A stretch of DNA of 64,000 bases from contig JACJZU010000003.1 in assembly GCA_020635435.1 (NCBI GenBank), positions 258,066 to 322,065 on the forward strand, given 5' to 3'. The notes under the pieces are model-generated. The model was not told the DNA's origin. It made no database searches and saw only the letters and a program-made list of their open reading frames with translations. The translations under genes and the position numbers were made by a program. Of this stretch, positions 60,968 through 64,000 are shown one piece after another (the first letter of the stretch is position 1; each line of letters starts with the position of its first letter). Source of the DNA: Flavobacteriales bacterium. Lineage in GTDB: Bacteria; Bacteroidota; Bacteroidia; NS11-12g; UBA9320.

Positions 60968-62121
60968 GCCGAGTTTTTATCGGCTAATTCCTGATTGTTC
61001 TCGAAGCGGCCTACGAGGTTGATCACCGAACGGAAATTATTCCGGATCACGGGCCATTTATCGGGATACTTCTTCATCAATTCCAAAACCCGCTCGGCAT
61101 GTTTGTTCAGAGAATCTGTGATAGCTGCATTGGATATCGGGGGATCACAATACTTGCCCAGTGTTCGACCAATGATGTTCTCCCCATTGCGCTGAACCTG
61201 AAGAGCGGCATCTTCGTATTTGTCCAATAACTGATGTGTTTTTGATAACCGACCCACAACAGGGGTCTGTTCCGCTGTAGATTCACGTACTTCAAGAACT
61301 TCGCCTCTGAGGAGGAAAAGATCGCTTTCATCGAGTATCAATTCATTTGATCTGCTCAAACTCGAATTAACTGCAATAGATACACTCTGGGCAAGACTGC
61401 GCTCGAGCTCCGCAAACTTCCCATCAAATGATCCGATCTTGTCGTATGCGCGTCGGGTGAGTTTTAGTTCTACCCGAAATTCCTCACCGAGTTTGTGTAA
61501 CAGATGATCGGCAAATTCCACCAATCCCTTTGCCAAATTGCGGTCCTTACGCTCCAATTCCTTTTGAAGCACCTGCATTTCTGTTTGAAGATGATTCTTC
61601 ATCCGGGTCAACGGGAAGAACAATTCGCGATCGCGCTCCTGCTGATCAATGGTGCTCTCACAAAATTGCAGGATCAGTGAACCGATGATCGTCCGATCTT
61701 CCGGTTTTAGTTTGCGATTTTGTCGCGTTATTCCAAACTGACTGATGTTCGGGTCAACCTGAATTAGGAGCAAGCCTTTTCCAAACGATCGTCCCAGGGA
61801 CAGGTTGATGGTTAAAAAAGTACGTTCAAGTTCCCGGGTGATGTCGAGTTGAACTACTGCGCTTTGTGCATGCCTGAATGGGTGCTCCTCCTCTGTGATC
61901 CAATCCATTTTGCGTTTACTGTCTGCAATGGGAGCTAGTAACTTTCGACTGCCTTCACTGAGGAGTTCGCGACTGTATTTTCCCGAATTGTAGTGAATGG
62001 CCTCAGCGCTCCCCGATGGGGGAATGCGTATTCCGGTGAAGATCTGGCATTGTTTGAAAAACACCGGAAGCCTTTCGCAAAGCAATTCAAGTGGTTCGTG
62101 CAGAAAGCTTAAACGGTGCAT
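60964..62121 (-). CDS. Hypothetical protein (385 aa, charged and helical, no recognised family)
   Basis: Long clean ORF. Its stop overlaps the stop of the AstE-like gene (shared TTAA). The true start may be the internal MDWITEEEHPF. No motif was recognised. Confidence 0.4.
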   Translation of the reverse strand: MHRLSFLHEPLELLCERLPVFFKQCQIFTGIRIPPSGSAEAIHYNSGKYSRELLSEGSRKLLAPIADSKRKMDWITEEEHPFRHAQSAVVQLDITRELERTFLTINLSLGRSFGKGLLLIQVDPNISQFGITRQNRKLKPEDRTIIGSLILQFCESTIDQQERDRELFFPLTRMKNHLQTEMQVLQKELERKDRNLAKGLVEFADHLLHKLGEEFRVELKLTRRAYDKIGSFDGKFAELERSLAQSVSIAVNSSLSRSNELILDESDLFLLRGEVLEVRESTAEQTPVVGRLSKTHQLLDKYEDAALQVQRNGENIIGRTLGKYCDPPISNAAITDSLNKHAERVLELMKKYPDKWPVIRNNFRSVINLVGRFENNQELADKNSA

Positions 62122-62285
62122 TTAAGCAAAATTAAGTCAAATTAAGTAATATAAAGTTGCTTAATCTGAAATAAAGAACTTGATCAAGCAGCTTGAATTA
62201 AGCCAAATAATTACATAAATGCTTGAAATAAAGTATATTAAACATCATCGTTGGAGTTATTTGTAGGTGAAAAAATCAACTGATC
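62122..62285. promoter_or_regulatory. AT-rich divergent intergenic region with repeated AATTAAG and GAAATAAAG motifs between two hypothetical genes
   Basis: The sequence aagcaaaattaagtcaaattaagtaatataaagttgcttaatctgaaataaag...gcttgaattaagcc...gcttgaaataaag has a local AT content far above the window average. Confidence 0.35.
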
Positions 62286-62849
62286 ATGCAAACAATCAAT
62301 GGCACAATTAAGACCAACATTCACCCTTTACTACTTGATTCCAAATACAAATTGCTTGAATTCATGGATGAAATTGAGGCGTTTCTCTCTTTTCAATTCG
62401 GGAAACTCAAGGAGAAAATCAGCTTAATAGGCAATGGAAGCCATGAAATTGGAGATCGGATTTTGTTGCTCTTATTCGGCACTAAATTGCTTCTGGAATT
62501 CGAGGACGTGGATTTGGAAAGACATCCCGATATAGACGAAACAGATGCTTCCTTAAAAAGTGAGTCCACACCGATCGCTCCCGTACTGTTGTTTCAGGTT
62601 TCTACTCGTTCAGGACAAGCACCCGTTTCGGATAATACCGTCAGAACCCCCGGATCAAGTTCGGCTGCTAGCACGACTAGAATCAACGGCAGGTCAGTTA
62701 AGTCCTACCGAGTAGGTACATTATTGAAGCGCTTTTTACGCTTCCTTTTCCTGAAACATCTTGAGCGCTGGGAGGAATTATCGAATCAAACGGAAATTTC
62801 TCGTTCTTCACACACAACAAATTCCGGAGAGAACCGTTTCAAAACCTGA
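62286..62849 (+). CDS. Hypothetical protein (187 aa)
   Basis: Clean ORF downstream of the AT-rich region. No recognisable domain. The C-terminal half is Ser/Thr/Arg-rich. Confidence 0.35.
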   Translation: MQTINGTIKTNIHPLLLDSKYKLLEFMDEIEAFLSFQFGKLKEKISLIGNGSHEIGDRILLLLFGTKLLLEFEDVDLERHPDIDETDASLKSESTPIAPVLLFQVSTRSGQAPVSDNTVRTPGSSSAASTTRINGRSVKSYRVGTLLKRFLRFLFLKHLERWEELSNQTEISRSSHTTNSGENRFKT

Positions 62850-62968
62850 TGATCACTATTTCTCTGATAATTCTACTCAGTAGGGCCTTGCGCAAGCGAG
62901 GTATAATCTGATTTCTTCCTTTGTTGATTCAATGGGGCAGATCGCGGTCACAGAATATCCGTGTACCT

Positions 62969-63292
62969 TGATCTCTTAGTGACCTCGCCAGGATTGCTCC
63001 GCGATCCACATATCGTTCCGAATTCCGAGATCAAAGTGCGGCTTCGCCTACTTTTTTATCCGCGTCCCTCCACCGAACAAGTTCGGGTCGGTCCGCAAAT
63101 AAAAAAGTCGCGCCCTTCGGGCACGACTTTGATCTCTTAGTGACCTCGCCAGGATTGCTCCGCGATCCACATATCGTTCCGAATTCCGAGATCAAAGTGC
63201 GGCTTCGCCTACTTTTTCATCCGCGTCCCTCCACCGAACAAGTTCGGGTCGGTCCGCAAATAAAAAAGTCGCGCCCTTTGGGCACGACTTTG
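62969..63292. repeat. Two near-identical 162-bp tandem units. Each contains a copy of the 3-prime 16 nt of tRNA-Arg (AATCCTGGCGAGGTCA on the minus strand), the native 10-nt flank and an intrinsic terminator hairpin.
   Basis: Units start with GATCTCTTAGTGACCTCGCCAGGATT at ~62969 and ~63131. The third occurrence at ~63293 is the genuine tRNA 3-prime end. The units differ at only 2-3 positions. Each ends with AAAAAAGTCGCGCCC-TTYG-GGCACGACTTT. Confidence 0.9.
63266..63288 (-). terminator. Intrinsic terminator immediately downstream of tRNA-Arg (hairpin plus U-tract on the minus strand)
   Basis: Minus-strand reading is AAAGTCGTGCCC-AAAG-GGCGCGACTTTTTTATTTG. The same terminator recurs in each 162-bp unit at ~63097-63119 and ~62935 is absent. 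Confidence 0.6.
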
Positions 63293-63301
63293 ATCTCTTA
63301 G

Positions 63302-63375
63302 TGACCTCGCCAGGATTCAAACCTGGAACCTTCTGATCCGTAGTCAGATGCTCTATTCAATTGAGCTACGAGGCC
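63302..63375 (-). tRNA. tRNA-Arg (anticodon ACG)
   Basis: Manual fold of the reverse complement GGCCTCG-TA-GCTC-AATTGAATA-GAGC-A-TCTGA-CTACGGA-TCAGA-AGGTT-CCAGG-TTTGAAT-CCTGG-CGAGGTC-A. It gives a 7-bp acceptor stem (one G-T), a 4-bp D stem, a 5-bp anticodon stem and a 7-nt loop with ACG at positions 34-36. T-arm and T-loop are standard. CCA is not encoded. Confidence 0.9.
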
Positions 63376-63510
63376 AAAGCGGCCGCAAATATAATTGGAT
63401 ACTTTTGGAATTGCAGCCAAATCGTATTCTAAATTTTATCGTGGATCTGACACTATTAACAGTTAGTTGATCAAAAAGAAGTTGGTCAACAATTACTTTT
63501 GTTCGCTGTG

Positions 63511-64000
63511 ATGCGATTCAAGGATCTGAGGATCATTCCAATACTACTATTCATGTTATTGCCTGTTATCACAGTGCATGCACAGTATTACAATAGTTTG
63601 AGCGGATTTGTGCGAAGCCGGGATAATTCTCAGCCACTTTCCGGTGCCACAATACGGGTGGATCAACTGAAAATTGAGGCCCTGACCAATCAACATGGTT
63701 TTTACCATTTGAGTGCACCGTCAGGTAGATATCTCGTACAGATCAATTACCCGGGATTTGTGGGATTTCGGGATAGTATACTTATCGACAGCATACAGCA
63801 GATGAATTTCAGACTCGAAAAAGATCTGCTGTTGGATGGCCTTGAGTCCAATCACTCCCTGCACAGTGAGGATGTGCTTACCGACGTGATCAGTAACAAG
63901 ATCGACGTACCGATAGATTTATTGGAGGATATACCCAACGTGCTTTCCGTGCAGGATGCCTTAAAGGGACTTCAACTGCTTCCGGGAGTGGATTTCAGTT
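63511..64000 (+). CDS. TonB-dependent receptor (N-terminal part with carboxypeptidase-regulatory-like domain), truncated by the window end
   Basis: Start MRFKDLRIIPILLFMLLPVITVHAQ is a signal peptide. It is followed by ...SGFVRSRDNSQPLSGATIRVDQ..., the CarbopepD_reg-like N-terminus typical of Bacteroidota SusC/TonB receptors. The ORF is open to position 64000. Confidence 0.6.
   Translation, partial: MRFKDLRIIPILLFMLLPVITVHAQYYNSLSGFVRSRDNSQPLSGATIRVDQLKIEALTNQHGFYHLSAPSGRYLVQINYPGFVGFRDSILIDSIQQMNFRLEKDLLLDGLESNHSLHSEDVLTDVISNKIDVPIDLLEDIPNVLSVQDALKGLQLLPGVDFS

Noticed and set aside
62969-63292. The ~100-nt body of each 162-bp unit as a degenerate tRNA or tRNA-like gene
   Set aside because: There is no segment complementary to the retained 3-prime acceptor strand (CGAGGTC) and no D- or T-arm equivalents. 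It does not fold as a tRNA.

Overview
This is a 64-kb chromosomal window that almost certainly comes from a member of the Bacteroidota. Several secreted proteins end in type IX secretion (T9SS) C-terminal sorting domains. There are DUF1573 and DUF389 proteins, promoter-region simple-sequence repeats, and recognisable orthologues of Bacteroidota-style housekeeping genes. About 55 protein-coding genes are packed densely on both strands. Most are core functions: prfC, ruvB, queG, queE, folD, ychF, purC, kdsB, pyrG, htpG, map, maf, htrA, a cyclophilin PPIase, an ABC-F ATPase, a PIN-PhoH ATPase, a Na/Pi cotransporter and a 2-oxoacid dehydrogenase E2. There is one tRNA-Arg(ACG) on the minus strand. 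A TonB-dependent receptor is truncated at the right edge of the window.

Four regions are not explained by ordinary gene content:
- An ~800-bp intergenic block at 5655..6448 lies upstream of a C69 dipeptidase. It contains a drifting 8-bp microsatellite and then six tandem ~102-109-bp units. Each unit carries four direct and three inverted copies of the heptamer CACAGAT at roughly helical spacing, which looks like an iteron or binding-site array.
- A second 8-bp microsatellite, (CGTTGGAG)x~6, sits upstream of a small Cys-rich gene.
- Downstream of tRNA-Arg there are two near-identical 162-bp tandem units. Each carries a copy of the tRNA 3-prime 16 nt, the native flank and an intrinsic terminator. 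Two divergently transcribed hypothetical genes follow across an AT-rich spacer. The arrangement suggests an integration scar or local duplication hotspot.
- A co-directional trio encodes a GCS2-type carboxylate-amine ligase fused to a CBS pair, an ArsC/Spx-family thiol protein and an AstE/AspA-family deacylase. It looks like an uncharacterised small-molecule ligase/deacylase module.

I found no CRISPR array, no integrase or transposase, and no rRNA. Coordinates with alternative starts are approximate to within a few codons, because the ORF track uses GTG and TTG starts.
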